A stretch of 62,802 nucleotides of DNA, counting the filler, from Phoronis australis (taxonomy: Eukaryota; Animalia; Phoronida): assembly GCA_002633005.1 (NCBI GenBank). It is 6 parts of 6 records of this genome, joined end to end, with 100 filler letters (N's around TTAATTAATTAA, not from the genome) between each part and the next. Parts side by side here need not be neighbours in the genome. Positions count along the whole stretch, not along the records: positions 28,094 to 40,058 come from NMRA01001666.1; positions 40,159 to 44,844 come from NMRA01002516.1; positions 44,945 to 51,889 come from NMRA01002090.1; 3 more parts are not named here. One strand, given 5' to 3'. Position 1 is the first letter of the stretch; each line of letters begins with the position of its first letter. The translations under genes and the position numbers were made by a program. The notes beneath the pieces are model-generated. The model searched no databases and was not told where the DNA came from. It was given only the letters and a program-made list of their open reading frames with translations. Shown here piece by piece: positions 36,475 to 49,485 of this stretch.

Positions 36475-39347
36475 TGTCTTTTAATTATGTCGCTAGGTCA
36501 GTTACTGTATCTATGTTCAGTTGAGTGTAGAGTTTTGCTCCGAAGTATACGAACGTAACGGAATAAAGACTGTGAACAATGAAAAGTGTCGTGCATTTAA
36601 CAAATTCTGTATAACCGAAAACTTGCTCCCGAAGTACAGTCAGTTTAAGTAACATTTACATTGATTAAGAAACGCGATAGGCCTACTGCCTAAACAGAAA
36701 TCGCGAGCCACCATGTTTACAAAAGCGCCGTCTACCGAGCAAAAGGATAGAAGTGAACTACTTTCGCGCAGGCAAATGTACTCCATACATGTATCAGTAA
36801 GATAATACACTCAGTGTTGGCTTACGTAGTAAATGGCTACACGATATCCTGTCCGGATGCACATCCTTTGTTCCTAATGCCCACAACTCTGCAACCTCTT
36901 GAAGAGGCAAGCAAACAGTGACACAGCTATAACTGGAGTCGTTCTGTTTACAGTGTACAACCTGGCGCTAGAATTCAGTGCCAGATTAATGCTGTAGTAA
37001 TCTGTCGCAGTTTTTAGACCCCGAAGTTGGCACAACGTTCGAATAAACCTCTGTCACCACAACTTAGAAGGTTCGGCCCCTCCTCCGTTGGCACAATTTT
37101 TAGCCTTTGTGGTCAAGTACTTTCACTGCAAGTAGGAGTCAGAACCCAAGCTAAAGCTGCAAATGTTAGGTACCGCCTTTGTGAACGTTTTACAACAATC
37201 CCTTCCTAGGAGCCGAATTACAATGAATTAGCGTTATACACAGGTAGGACCTTGTCGACAATTCTGTACATTTAGTCAAACCTCTACAAAATTATACGAT
37301 TTTACTCAGTAAAAGTATACTTATTTTCTGAAAGTAGAAGCAACGTAGAACCTGCTTTTTAACTTTCTTTCTGCCAACAACTAAGCCACGTGACCATTTT
37401 TTTTATTAAAAATACTTGGCAAAAAGGAAATGTACTTTCATAATAAAACAACACTTTCAATAAAATGACCAAATTTTCTATGATATAAATGTTCAAGATA
37501 AAATCTCAAAAACGCTGTTACAGTTTTTTTTAAATTAACTTTTTGTTTTTACTTCATGCAACTTTAAATTTACAAGGAAAACCATGCAAGTCCTATGATA
37601 GCTGCTCATGCAAAATTATGTAAAGTATAGTATCTGAAAGTTTGGTGTACGGTGATTCTGATCAGCCATTTCTGAGATACGGTGCCCGAGGCTGGCCAAA
37701 ATTGGAATTTGTTTTGAGGTCAGTCCCACGTATCCTTAAATTAAGTTAACCATTACAGTTTTATTGTAACTCGCCTCTTGTCAGGGATGCAAAAACGATC
37801 CTCACTGGCATGAATTCCACGCCGGGAGCTACTTTGAACTTAGAACTACATTTTGAAGTGTTTTAGGTATTTCACTTCATTGAAAAATTTTGCTAGAACA
37901 TGCCAACCCCCATTTAGAATTTGTATTTACGTTGGTGATCGTTCGCTGTTTCCATTCTAGGCCTNTATAAACGGAGGATCGGAAGGGTTTCTCGTACTGC
38001 CAATAGAGGCGCTGGATACTTATTATTCGTTTGGGTTTTGGGGATTCAAACCAGCCGAAACAGCCAATAGACTGACATCACGCGCTATGATCATATCGAC
38101 GCATGAGCAAAGAGGACAAGTTAATAGAATCGTCATTATAACGCCATCTGTTGGGAAGGACAGGGACTGGGTAACCCCACCCGGTCCGTCTACGCGATTT
38201 CAAGAATTGTACTCGGGTGACCGGATCTACGTTCAGCTACCGCCTTACGGAGTAAGTTAGATACAGTTTATCGCTTTTTCATTGGTTTCCGATGCGAAAT
38301 GAAATGTTAAGCAATGTTTTCATTGGCTAGAGCCATGTCACAGATTCCAATTGAGATTTGTTTACGCCGCAAAATAAGTCGGTGAATTATGGTGTCAAAA
38401 AACTTCACTAACAGGCTTGTTTGGTATTCCGCAAGGAGTTACAATAACGTACTGTCTATAAAGTCCCGTTTCTAGTCACTCCAACTTTTTGTTTAGGGGC
38501 TCCAGCTTCGCTCGACAAACATCGACTTTCGTTTGCGACATCGCCATCTGGCGACAAATTTAGTCGGAACACATGTCTGCGCGCTCCTCTAACTCGCGTA
38601 CGGCGCTACCATACATATAAATGCCTGTGCAACCTAATCGGGGTGTGCAGACAGCTAGTGGCATAGCGAGGGTTTTTGGTGCCCACCGACGGAGCAATAA
38701 AACCAAATTACATTGTACTGTTGGTATGGTTTTCATGACGTCGTTTAGTTCGGTATATATGGCTAAGCTTTGTGTACAATGATCTATCACTAACAACATT
38801 AGAAAGCCTAGCTATAATAAGAATTAACTGTCACGCGCAGCTTTAATCCGGTCTAAAACGCCCTGAATGTTGATTAGTACATTCTCTAGAATTACACAGC
38901 TGAAGTAGAAGTGTAGTCTGAACGAGGCCTCATTATCCATGGTGCCTGTGTTCAGTCAGAGCTCGCTGGTCCCCTACGTGCCCAGCCAGCACGCAGGTAT
39001 CACGCAGTGGCACGCGCTTTAGCATTGGTTGATATAACCTCAGCAGTCATTGGATAGCTTTACAACACCATGAAAAAATGGCGGACTGTGAACGATTTTT
39101 AGTCTTGTCATGCAAGTGGCGTCACAGAAACTAATTCGTTTCTTCAGTGATGTTTAATAGCCGCGTGCTTGAAGCACGTACATGTGCATGTACAATAAAC
39201 ACATACTGTATCTGGCCAATCTAACGGCTTGTTATTCATACTGTGTGAATACAGTACATTATACCACAATATTAGCGTCAAATGGCAAATACAACCGTGT
39301 AATAACCCACAAAGTTATCTCACTAGTGAGATATCGATTTGGCGGGA

Positions 39348-39417
39348 AACCTAGGACGGGGTCGAACTCGGGACCCTAATATTGCTAGTCGCCGACTTTA
39401 CCACTACACCACGCAGC
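39348..39417 (-). repeat. tRNA-derived sequence (pseudo-tRNA or SINE head)
   Basis: Reverse complement GCTGCGTGGTGTAGTGGTAAAGTCGGCGACTAGCAATATTAGGGTCCCGAGTTCGACCCCG: A and B boxes present, stems poorly paired. Confidence 0.55.
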
Positions 39418-41572
39418 GACTGACGTCATCAAGATTGAAAATAGAATACTTAAATGAGCACGCGCAATAATCGCACGTTCAACAAACCACATTGTACTGT
39501 ACTTATACAGTGCGAAAAATAAGATAAATAATTTCCATAAAAATGATATCTTAATTCGGTGAAACTTTCCTCTCATGTCCTCTTACTTGTAAATCACCGA
39601 TCTCCAGTTTGAATGCGGGTATCGTGTCGTCAGGATCTTTGACTTGAGAATTATATTCAGTTACCAGTGGTAACCTATTTAGCAGACGATAATTTCCCGG
39701 TCGAAGCTTAGCGTGAAAAAAACGTGTTTTAAGCTAGAATAGTTCGTAAACCTTAATTTATAAATTCAATTTATTTCTATAATATTTAAGTTTTCAATTG
39801 GTTTTGAGTAAAAGCATTATTTGACAAAAATAGCCGGGCTTTTCTTAAAAGGTCACGACCTCCGACCCCGGGCCTATGACATAGAAAGTAGTTACAAAGC
39901 CGTGGAGAGTCAGAAAAGGTAAATCGATTCATTGCAATGTTTCTCGTTTAGTAAGTGGTATAAATAGATTATTACATGTTCTCAGCCGTTATCCCCCTTA
40001 TGTAGAGCCCTCGTGGATTTTGGAGAATTATCACCCTCGGGGCTAACGCCCCTCGGGTNNNNNNNNNNNNNNNNNNNNNNNNNNNNNNNNNNNNNNNNNN
40101 NNTTAATTAATTAANNNNNNNNNNNNNNNNNNNNNNNNNNNNNNNNNNNNNNNNNNNNGAATACTTTGTACCGTATCTGTGCCATCGGCGTCGACTGTTC
40201 ACGATCCATGACCATGGCTTGGGGCATGAGTTTGTCTAACTCACAGCTGGTACAAACAGTTTGGCCCAGAAATTTGTAAAATTACAGATATGTGATGAAT
40301 GACCAAGCGGACATTGTGTGGATTTTCCCTGTCTGCCTTATCAAAGTTTACTGGAGCTCCACTGCAAATTACTTCACTGCTTGGTAAATACCGTAAACTC
40401 GCGGGTTGACGCCTATGCTTGGGTAATCTCTTTCTAGAATTTAGGACAAGGTGCGACATTGAGCAAAATAATTAATTTTCCACTGTCTCAAATTGGAGAA
40501 TTTTTACCGTATTTAAACAAAAAAAAGGTTTACCCATCATGCCGGCTAAGTTTGTTGACATCAAAAACGACTGGTAATAGCTCGTATGGCAAGAAAATTG
40601 TAATTGCAGAATAACTTAGCCACCTTATTGACTTTCTTTCCCTTCATTCTCCGTCATGAGGTAATACTACTGTGACGATGACTATGGCTTCTGCCCAATG
40701 GTCATGACAGGAGTTCCGAGTCGTTTTTGTCTGAATAATTTTGGTGTGTGCTTTAGATGTAGAGAGGACACAAGTACTGAGGAGTGAGGTCCTCGTCAAT
40801 TCCGTTTTTTAATTGTCCAACTGGGGCTTGCGGATGTTAGTTGCGATTATGCTCCTCCTATTTTGCACAGAATAAATACGGTATTTTTTCTGATGGGACG
40901 TGCCAAAGACTGAATACACGGACTCCGTAGTGGACGGGTGTGCGAAATCAACTGTGTAACGAAGCATCGCCATATTGCTCTTGTGTGAAAACGAAATGCT
41001 GTCAACGAGTGACGCAGTTATCAATAACTAAGTTAGCTTATGCCATTCCATAATTGGTGGAACTCTTTTGAGAATATGGCTCTTAGCTACCCCCCTTGAC
41101 ATTCATCCAGGTCACCCCTTTCTCCTCAGGTTTACGGTACAACAGTGTGAGATATCTTGTATGTATGGATGAATTAGTGATGAATATACTAGCAGACTTC
41201 ATAAAAGAGGTGTGAATAATAGGAATTAATAATAGAACTTTGCATTGATGTTTTCCAAAGTACAAAATTGGCTGTGTGCGAATTTGGTGAGGCAAGAAAT
41301 TAACACCAAGTAGCCTGGTGCGAAACAAAGTGAGAGATAAACTATTATTAAAACAAATAATTTCGGGTGTGCAAAATGAGGCTTTTACGTTACTGGTAAA
41401 CAAGTAGAGAATCTCCATTCTGTTCCACATCTGCGACAGAGTTGAAATATTTGCTGCAGGGCTCATTTTCCGTTTTCTCAATTGTGAAAAACATGTTACA
41501 TTACAGGTGTGTCACGGCTTGTGTATGTGTTGGAAACATGTGCTTTGGAGTTAAATGAAGTTAAGACTGTTT

Positions 41573-41745
41573 CTGTAAGTGATGATAATGTTACTTTAAG
41601 TGATGATAATATTACTGTAGGTGATGATAATATTACTGTAGGTGATGATAATATTACAGTAAGTGATGATAATATTACAGTAAGTGATGATAATATTACT
41701 GCAGGTGATAATATTACAGTAAGTGATGATAATATTACTGTAGGT
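41573..41745. repeat. 21-bp minisatellite, ~8 copies
   Basis: Unit C(T/A)GTA(A/G)GTGATGATAATATTA; one unit lacks a GAT. Confidence 0.92.
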
Positions 41746-43267
41746 TAAAACATTTTTTGCTTCAGTTTCGTATAATCTGATGTTTTTTATTTGCTTACTG
41801 GTTTATGTTTAAAAGGTGCTACTAATTTGGAAATCTTGATGTGTGTGCATCATCTTGCAAAGTAACAAAAAATAGGGTTGACCATGACTTAGGAATGGTG
41901 CGTAGCAGAATTTCACTTGTGTATTAAACCTTCTTGTGGAAATGGGACTGATATTACATTCCTAGTAATATTATATCCCTTGGGCGGCACTACCAGTAGA
42001 GTAAATAATTGAATTAATAATGGAAATTTCTTTACTATGATACAAAAGACTGGGGAAGACAAACTATCTTTGGCTAGAGCATTTTGTAGTCGTAATAATC
42101 GGTTGAAAAATGATGGGGGACCACTGGACACCCCGATGGTTTTCCTTTTATGTATAACTATTAGTAAATTGTCTCCAATTTTGCACAAAAATGATTGTCA
42201 AAATAACCGTTTATGTCATTTTCAGCTTCTCAAATTGTTGGTAATGTCTCAGAAAAGTCTATGATGGTAACTGTGGCAAGGAGCTTAAAAACTGTTAAAG
42301 CATCAATTCTGTGGTATTTATGTTTTATAAAAAATGAAAAAAATAAGATTTCACTACTCTGCACTGTCTTAAATCGGTGAGTTTTTACTGTAAAAATAAA
42401 ATCGTCTTGAGAAGATATACCTATGTATGCTATTAAATTAGTCTTTCTAATTGACTACGTTACTTAACCAGCATTGAAGTTTTTGCATAGTGATACCAGG
42501 ATCAGCGACCTTATCACAAGGTTTTTGTATGTATGATTTTTGGACTATGAAAAGTTGAGTTCATATTTGGAAAATAATTGAAATATTTGTGGAAGTAGAA
42601 TGGTGAACTTGCATGGTGGTTGACACCTGAGGCTAACTTTGATGACACTGAAGTCGAGCATTCCCACTGTAGTGGCGTCTTGACACTTCACTGCCAATTC
42701 CATTTCTTCACTTCAAAATGAACCTTCGCTTTTAACTTTGGTCCAAGACTGAATTTTATTATATACCCACTGACCAGTGTTCCTTTAAACACCTTCATGT
42801 CAACGTTAATGGTCCCTCAGGAACTATACCTCACTATATTTGAAAAGGGAAGATTTGAAACGAAAAGTTAAGGTAAAACACCAATCCAGTTTTGTTAGTG
42901 AAGTGTGGTTTTGCCGTCGAGTTTTTGTTGCCAGTGTTCTTAGATTCTGCTGCCTGTGTTATCGCCCGACATTGTTTATTCAACGCAAATCCAGAACATT
43001 AGACCTATTGAAAACTTATCTTCTTTAAATACGTGTTAAGGTTTTTACTGACAGGTGTGTTGGTATCCAAACACTTTTTATTTACTGTGACTTTAACGTT
43101 TCCTGGTAATAGGGATACACTCGACAAAAATGCCGAGATGTCTCTGATTTTTTTCATAGCTTTATCCATTTCAAACAACAAACCACAGTTGTTGCTGTAA
43201 ACTTAAATCACTGTAAAGTATCTCATTTCTTTCAGTTTTGGCATATCTCTAGAGTATGGTGTACGTG

Positions 43268-43851
43268 CTTCATTACTTGGCGGAATTTTTCCGCCAAGTA
43301 TGTTGGTCTGACAGCAATTTTTTTTTGTTCGCACTCTACAGGTCGCAATTTTCGTCCGATTTTCACGAAATTTGCACACAACGTGTAGATCGGAAAGTCC
43401 TAGAAGCCTATTGTTTTTGGTCATGATCGGATACAAAATGGCAGACGTGGTGGCCATTTTGTATCCGATTTCACAGTCAAATGCTCGTAGAGGCCGCATT
43501 TTTCGACGTACATGGCTGAAAATCAGTACGAACTTACTAGAACGCATGTGCTACAACTGTGCAGAAAATCAGTGACTTCCGGTTAAAGATGGCGGAAATA
43601 TTGGACGTGGCACATGCGCACCCCGAAATATGGCTAAAAACGTTTTCTCTTGTAGGGGGCGCATTTGCAAACCAATCACTTTCAAACTGGTCACGTGTTT
43701 GTTGAGTTAAATAAGCTTTTATAAAAATTTATTNTATTGTAGTTGATTGTATGCTCTCTATTTGATTTCTTCGCTAGTCACATGAATGATATCGTGTTCG
43801 TCGTCTTTTCTATTAATTCCGCCAAGTGTCGCTCCTTCGAGCGCTCTCGTT
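43268..43851 (+). mobile_element. HINE (Helentron-associated interspersed element), structurally complete
   Basis: 5' subTIR ACTTGGCGGAA (43275-43285) with adjacent inverted copy TTCCGCCAAGT (43289-43299). 3' subTIR TTCCGCCAAGT (43817-43827), then hairpin CGCTC-CTTC-GAGCG (43830-43843) and a T-rich end. Confidence 0.8.
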
Positions 43852-44433
43852 TATTTGTTGTTCAACTTGTAGTGACTCTAGTTTCCTTGTGACCTGGATG
43901 TTTTTGCAGTGCCATTTCTTTGTCAATTGTTGTAGAGATGAAAATACCCTCCAATACCCTTGGCCAGTTTAACAGGTAGACTGACTTGCTCAATAGAACC
44001 ATTGTGTTCTTCTCTGTTACCTGGTAAATTGTTAATTGAGGTCAGTTACACCTACCATGCAGGTTAGTAGGGCTACAGGTACAATTTTGAAGCAATACCA
44101 AGAGGATTATGGGGTATTTTTCCACAATTTAATTATAACACTCTTAGCACAACTGATAGTTAATAAGCATTTTTGTGCTTCTTGTTTCAAAGCTTACAAG
44201 TAATATTTGTAAGACTTGGAGTAATTTGCCCATGAAGCCAACAGAACCCCTTTTTTGAAGATACCTTTCAATTCCACTATTTTCAAAATGTGAAATTGGG
44301 ACTAGTTCCGTGGTCATATACTTCGACAGTTTGTGATATAACCTGTTGGGTGGAAATGTGCCTGACATTCTAAAACTTGGTCATTGAAACAACATACTTT
44401 CTTACCGCCAGAACAAAGATGAGTTCTAATTCT

Positions 44434-44844
44434 GAGTGCTGTCCACACACAGACTTTCCCTAGAACTAGTTACTAGTGGTACTATTCGTCGTTAGGTTTG
44501 AGTGTTGCGTGGACGCAACTTTATCTAGTGCAACTTACCCCACTTGTGGCAACTTACTTCACATTATCAAGGTGGGGTAACATGTTTTAGGGTATCTTGT
44601 GCCACTTTTAATTCCTATGTGGTCGAAACCTGGAGCGAGCCAGAAGTAATTATCAGCTTTGGTTACATATATACTGGTTTTCTTTTGCGCCCTGTCTTCT
44701 TATCAGCTATTCATTGTTATGCGCAGAGCAACAACTTCTGCCTTACCCTAGCTTTCAGGTGTGTGTGTATGCGTGTGTGTGGACGCTCCACTTAAAAGTG
44801 GGGTAAGTTGCACTAATGCAAGTTGTTCTAGGGTAGGTTGTGTA
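44434..44844. mobile_element. palindromic MITE (PIF/Harbinger-like), cut by gap
   Basis: Perfect 20-bp inverted repeat TAGTGCAACTTACCCCACTT (44526-44545 / 44796-44815), CCCTAGAAC / GTTCTAGGG, and GTCCACAC / GTGTGGAC motifs. Confidence 0.6.
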
Positions 44845-45434
44845 NNNNNNNNNNNNNNNNNNNNNNNNNNNNNNNNNNNNNNNNNNNNTTAATTAATTAA
44901 NNNNNNNNNNNNNNNNNNNNNNNNNNNNNNNNNNNNNNNNNNNNCAAACATATACCCGTTTAAGCATGAAGAAAGTATCTGTTTGTTTGCCTCGAGTGCC
45001 AACGTGATTGTTTAAATGGATAGGTTATCGCTGTAGACCTTTAATGTTATCCTGGTGACAGGCAAGTTTCAGTTGTGGGATCTAGCGAATAACAGTTAGG
45101 ATACGTAAGTATATCGGTGTGTCTTGCACAGTAGTTTTGTTCTGTGTACTTAGTTTTGAAATTTCTTTAGTCCAAAACAATTGTCGTCCTAGTATTAGTT
45201 TAATGTCTGTTCCTGTATATACATTCAATATTTATATAGAAGTATATCAAATTCTATTCCTCTGATTGTCTAGCAGAAGTGCAAGGAGCAGTTACGTGTT
45301 CTGTTTTGGCAACTAACTAGATTTCATTATAAAAAAGAAACGAAGTCTCATTCATAACACTAATGAATAAATATATTTACAATTATATTTACATATTTAC
45401 ATGCTATTTACAAATTTCAGTCAGGCGTCGACAA

Positions 45435-45651
45435 CTATACAAGGTATTCTGAATATCTGTCTTTCAAGCAGAATGTGCGAACGGGTCCTCTGTCAATATC
45501 CAGTAAGAGATGACTGTGGCCTGCCTCCGACTTTTTCGCCTCCTTCAATCTCTTGTTTCGTATTGAGTTATTAAGTTGTGCCACGTTATTAATGGTGTAG
45601 TCCGTCAGAGATATGGCGACCTTATGCATGACTGTGGCATTAGATTTGTAT
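45435..45651 (-). CDS. F-BAR-domain protein, exon 7 (last coding)
   Basis: Acceptor TGATTTCAG|, phase 2. (L)YKSNATVMHKVAISLTDYTINN..YSEYLV*. Confidence 0.7.
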
Positions 45652-46172
45652 CTGAAATCAATCAAAATACATTCTGTAGTGTGCGTAGTTCGGTGACTTG
45701 CTAAATGTACGTTAAAGTGAAATCAACGTCTTGGTCACAGTTTAATCACGTTCAATTACACGATTAGAACACAACACAACGATAAAACATTTTTCTCTGC
45801 TTGAAAGAAACCTCTTTACTGTCTGTGCGTTACGATTCCATGCCGTTACTCGAGGCGGTTGGATTTTTCACATAGCCGTCGAATATTTTGCCGAAAGAGT
45901 TCGTCACGCTTGTAGTACTTCTAAACCGTGTCATGAATTTTCCAACACGTTGCTTATTTTGATGGTTGGCACGGAACACTGGGTTATTTTTTCGAAGATT
46001 TAAGAGTCCACGTGGAAGATGACATGGTAATATGTTAAAACCGAGTTTGGTATCCGGTTAAACACAGTTGACCCTCATAATAGTTCACGCTAAGCGTTGA
46101 GGAAGTTTTACGAATTGTTACGTTCTTTCCCTTACAACTTATGGAAAGGCCAACGGTGACTTTCAGACTCAC

Positions 46173-46285
46173 AGTTCATCTGCGTGGTTCGTTATTGCCT
46201 TGAAATATTCCATGATTTGGTCTGTAACTGACGCCTTTGCTTTGAGACGCTCACAGTTCATCTGAGTCTTGCAAGCATCCAATTT
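46173..46285 (-). CDS. F-BAR-domain protein, exon 6
   Basis: TTTTTCAG| .. |GTGAGT, phase 0->2. KLDACKTQMNCERLKAKASVTDQIMEYFKAITNHADE. Confidence 0.75.
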
Positions 46286-46345
46286 CTGAAAAATGACAAC
46301 ATTCTCGCACTACCAGTCATTGAGCTAGGTGATGTGGCAATACTT

Positions 46346-46745
46346 AAGGACACATATGTTGGCTTAAATCTGCCTCGATCAAAAAGATCTCTGTTAGGTC
46401 AGGTACGTTCGGGAACTTTGCCTTAGCAAATTGAAACAGGACGGTCCACAAATATTCCTTCTAATCTAAGAATTTGTAATTGTTGTAGCCTTAATTCAAT
46501 CGAAGATGAACTACATTTCACTTTTACCTGCCCACTGTATAGTCGCCTGTGAAATAACCCTTTCCCCGAAACTGCGTCTCACAATTTAGGCTTTAATTCT
46601 TTGGGTTACATTGAAAACGTCAGATTATGTTTCATGGGTTTCGTGACTAATTGGCACAATTTGTAAAAGAAGCCTACTTCAGAAGAAATGATAGGTTATA
46701 CACTACTCTAAATACACGTCGTATTGAAGGTGACAAATAAACCCA
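46346..46745 (+). mobile_element. RTEX-like non-LTR retrotransposon 3' fragment (in intron 5)
   Basis: RSKRSLLGQVRSGTLP*QIETGR..LRICNCCSLNSIEDELHFTFTCPLY (IETGR plus CCHC knuckle), then LAQFVKEAYFRR in a shifted frame, and AATAAA at 46736. Confidence 0.8.
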
Positions 46746-47647
46746 AAGGGTTGAGTACATCCATCTAATCTGGATTGTATTGTTGTAATTTATGACCGTA
46801 CTTGTCACTATAAGCACTACCTAACCGACTAACTAACTATTCATTCATGCAATTTCTAAATCAGATGAGTTCAATATTAACGTTGTTATTTTTGTCTCGA
46901 GTTCATGCAGTCGAGAAAAGATTAATTTTCAACTAATTGTGTCTCCGAGCTGTTTTCAAATGTGGGTATTCGTGAATTTTAAGATTACACTTTATCATCT
47001 TTAGCTGACTAAAACAATAGTTAAATCATGCTTTCTGCTGTCGTTAAATCCGTCTCATGACATTCTTTACCGCAACACAATAGTGGTTCCCTTATTAACA
47101 AAAAATCTCTAAACCATCAGCGTCTCATGGAGATCCTTTAAAGTTTAATGGGATTGGTCAACCCTAAAAACGCAAATTCTAAGGGAGTGAATGTGTGCAT
47201 TTTCTGTGACTGGATTGGAAGACGAAAATTGAATCCTATAACAGTAACGCATGTTATGAGAAGGGATTAATGAATGTGAAAGGCTTAATTCGGCGTTGTC
47301 GCTTCTAGCTAGCTGAACAGGGCATAACGTTATTATGTCTGACTTAAAACACAAAATAGAAGTTTGGGGTTTATAGCTAAGTATTTTATTTGTTTCAAAC
47401 TTATGCAAGCCAGCTCACTGCTTATATTTAAGCAAGTTTTAACATGCTTAAATATATACTAGAATATATGGACCTACATTTGTCTTCTTTAAAATTGTAT
47501 ATTCCACTGTAAAAAAGCGGCAAGAGGAAGAACACGTAGAACATTGTTCTAATGAGAATGTTCGTGTCTTTAACTTGATACCGTTCAACTCGCAGTGCAT
47601 CCAATGCTGTTTGCGTGTGCAGAGAGTTTGGAAATGAAATTTCTTGC

Positions 47648-47842
47648 CTGTCGGAATTCCGAATTTTCATCCTGAATATCACTGTAACACTTTTGGAGCT
47701 CTTTGTGTGCAAGGTCTCGAGTGTTGTTAGCTTTTTCGAGGTTTACAAAGTGTCTCTTTTTCAGCATATCTCCACGCCCTCTGCTCGGTCTTTCTATCTC
47801 ATTCCGAAGCTCTTTGACCTTATTGTCGTGAGTATCACACAT
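47648..47842 (-). CDS. F-BAR-domain protein, exon 5 (GC donor)
   Basis: TTTTCAG| .. CAG|GCAAGA, phase 0->0, 195 nt. MCDTHDNKVKELRNEI..NLEKANNTRDLAHKELQKCYSDIQDENSEFRQ. Confidence 0.7.
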
Positions 47843-48439
47843 CTGAAAAGAGCATTTTCGTTTATTATGAGCGATGAACAAGTGAAAACTTTCAGCACTT
47901 TGTTGTCTGACTGCTTTTATAGGGCCTACATGGCGCGTGTAGCCATTGGGTATTTTTCCAAAGCGGTACACGGTACAAACCATACACTCAGATTTGGGCA
48001 TGTTTCGGAATAGTGTTTTAGCCAAAAGACTAATAATAATGATAATTATGATAATGAAAGTGATAGCTATACTGATACTTATAATTTTTATTTATAAATG
48101 ATAAAGTAGGACACATTTTAAAACATGCTAAAGTTAAAGGCTACGCAGCACGATCACTTAAATGTGTGTCACATTCTACTTAATTCCTCCGCAAAAGGGT
48201 TTATTCTCAAAACTTATCTTTTCCAACAACAAAGAGCTATAAAATGATTTTTACTTCATATTGTAAAATTTCCGTTGTAAAAGGCGCAAGCCTGATCATT
48301 TTTGACAACATTGCATCTCATCTTGTCTGCTTCAGACTAGGTTGCCCAAGAGCACTGCGAAATGCTTAGGGTTTTAAAGTGTTCTACAGAAAAGGACGTT
48401 TTTTCTGGAATAAAACTCGTTACTTAAAACATTGGTCAA

Positions 48440-49065
48440 GAAAAAGTGATTTTGAATCTACCATGCTTGGGAAACAACAATACTGTTTTGAATAGACAGA
48501 TGGTCAGAATGCTTATTGACATTGCACCTAGTGTTGAATTGCTAACCGTATGCAAGGCTAATAATAGACATGATTCACTATCCAAACTTAATCACGTTGT
48601 CTACTTAGCAAAAATGTCGTGTAGTATCTCAGACAAATTGTCAAGATTGTGAAAAAATTTGCCTGGATATGACTAATAGATCTTTGTGTAACGGAGTAAA
48701 GAACGTTCTAAAGATAACGACAGTGCTGCTCTGAATCCCTCACTAGAGACTGGTCGCAATACTGCTTATTTTGATGTGAATCGCCTTGACTCAAACAACC
48801 AGTGTATGAGATTGCTTGCAAAGGAGGCTATTCACATAACGGAGAAACACGATTAGCTTTACCTAATCATGAACGTTGGAGCTTACAATCTCCAGCTGCA
48901 GTGACTGGCGTTTACCTGTTCCCAGCATATTTCTCTCACTGTGCGTTTCGACGTGATCCTTAGCAACGTGACTATAAACATACTGTGTTTTGATTTGATT
49001 CATTGATCCTGCCGTTCTACTTCCCCCTGAAGATATTTTCTTATAACAAACCAAAACGTTGGATT
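48440..49065 (+). mobile_element. old Penelope-like 3' remnant (linker, GIY-YIG, decayed hammerhead) in intron 4
   Basis: LNLPCLG..RQMVRML..IAP; NCQDCEKICLDMTNRSL (decayed CxxC..YIGxTxRxL); RLLAKEAIHI. Downstream CC-CTGAAGA-T..CAAAA-CGTT-GG at 49025-49062. Confidence 0.65.
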
Positions 49066-49379
49066 TGGGTATGTCAATCTTCAAGTGTGCGCATGTGATT
49101 AGACTCTTGCTACTATTTTGGGTAAAAAGCAACATTTAACAAAACTCTCATGTGGGTAAAATTCCACGGACGTTCCATATCAATGTGTCCCTCTCTAATT
49201 CCACTGACTGTGTAAGTATGTGAGAAAGCAATGTAATTTTCCAGATGGAACCACGGTAAAATGCAGTCGAGTTCACACCCGGGTTCTGCATGTGCCTGAC
49301 TTGATACCAGTGACTTTGATTTATGTGTTGAGCTTCAACTAGCATTTGTATTTTTGTAACATATTGGCTTTGCACTTAC

Positions 49380-49485
49380 TTGTTCTCTCTTTTGAGTCTT
49401 CTTTCGCAATTTTGAGAGCAGCCTGTGGACTTCGTCAAGATTGCCTTTAAGTAACTTATTCTGGGTCTTGGTTGGGTCGTCATTC
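49380..49485 (-). CDS. F-BAR-domain protein, exon 4
   Basis: TGATTCAG| .. |GTAAGT, phase 2->0. (R)NDDPTKTQNKLLKGNLDEVHRLLSKLRKKTQKREQ. Confidence 0.75.

Larger units (their letters stand above)
34364..37964 (+). repeat. ~1.75-kb direct duplication (34364-36118 and 36243-37964), probably two haplotypes assembled in tandem
   Basis: Near-identical copies, both ending at ..TTCTAGGCCT followed by a single N (36119, 37965). Confidence 0.85.

Noticed and set aside
39348-39417. tRNA-Ala(AGC) gene
   Set aside because: The anticodon and acceptor stems do not pair; kept only as a tRNA-derived repeat.
41509-41748. ORF with SDDNITV repeats, or a box C (TGATGA) snoRNA array
   Set aside because: Explained by a 21-bp minisatellite; no box D or terminal stems per unit and no flanking exon support.
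45830-45930. SSNGMES motif on the minus strand suggesting a Gypsy integrase, or an extra F-BAR exon
   Set aside because: No other integrase motifs, a weak acceptor, and exon 6 already joins exon 7 in phase.
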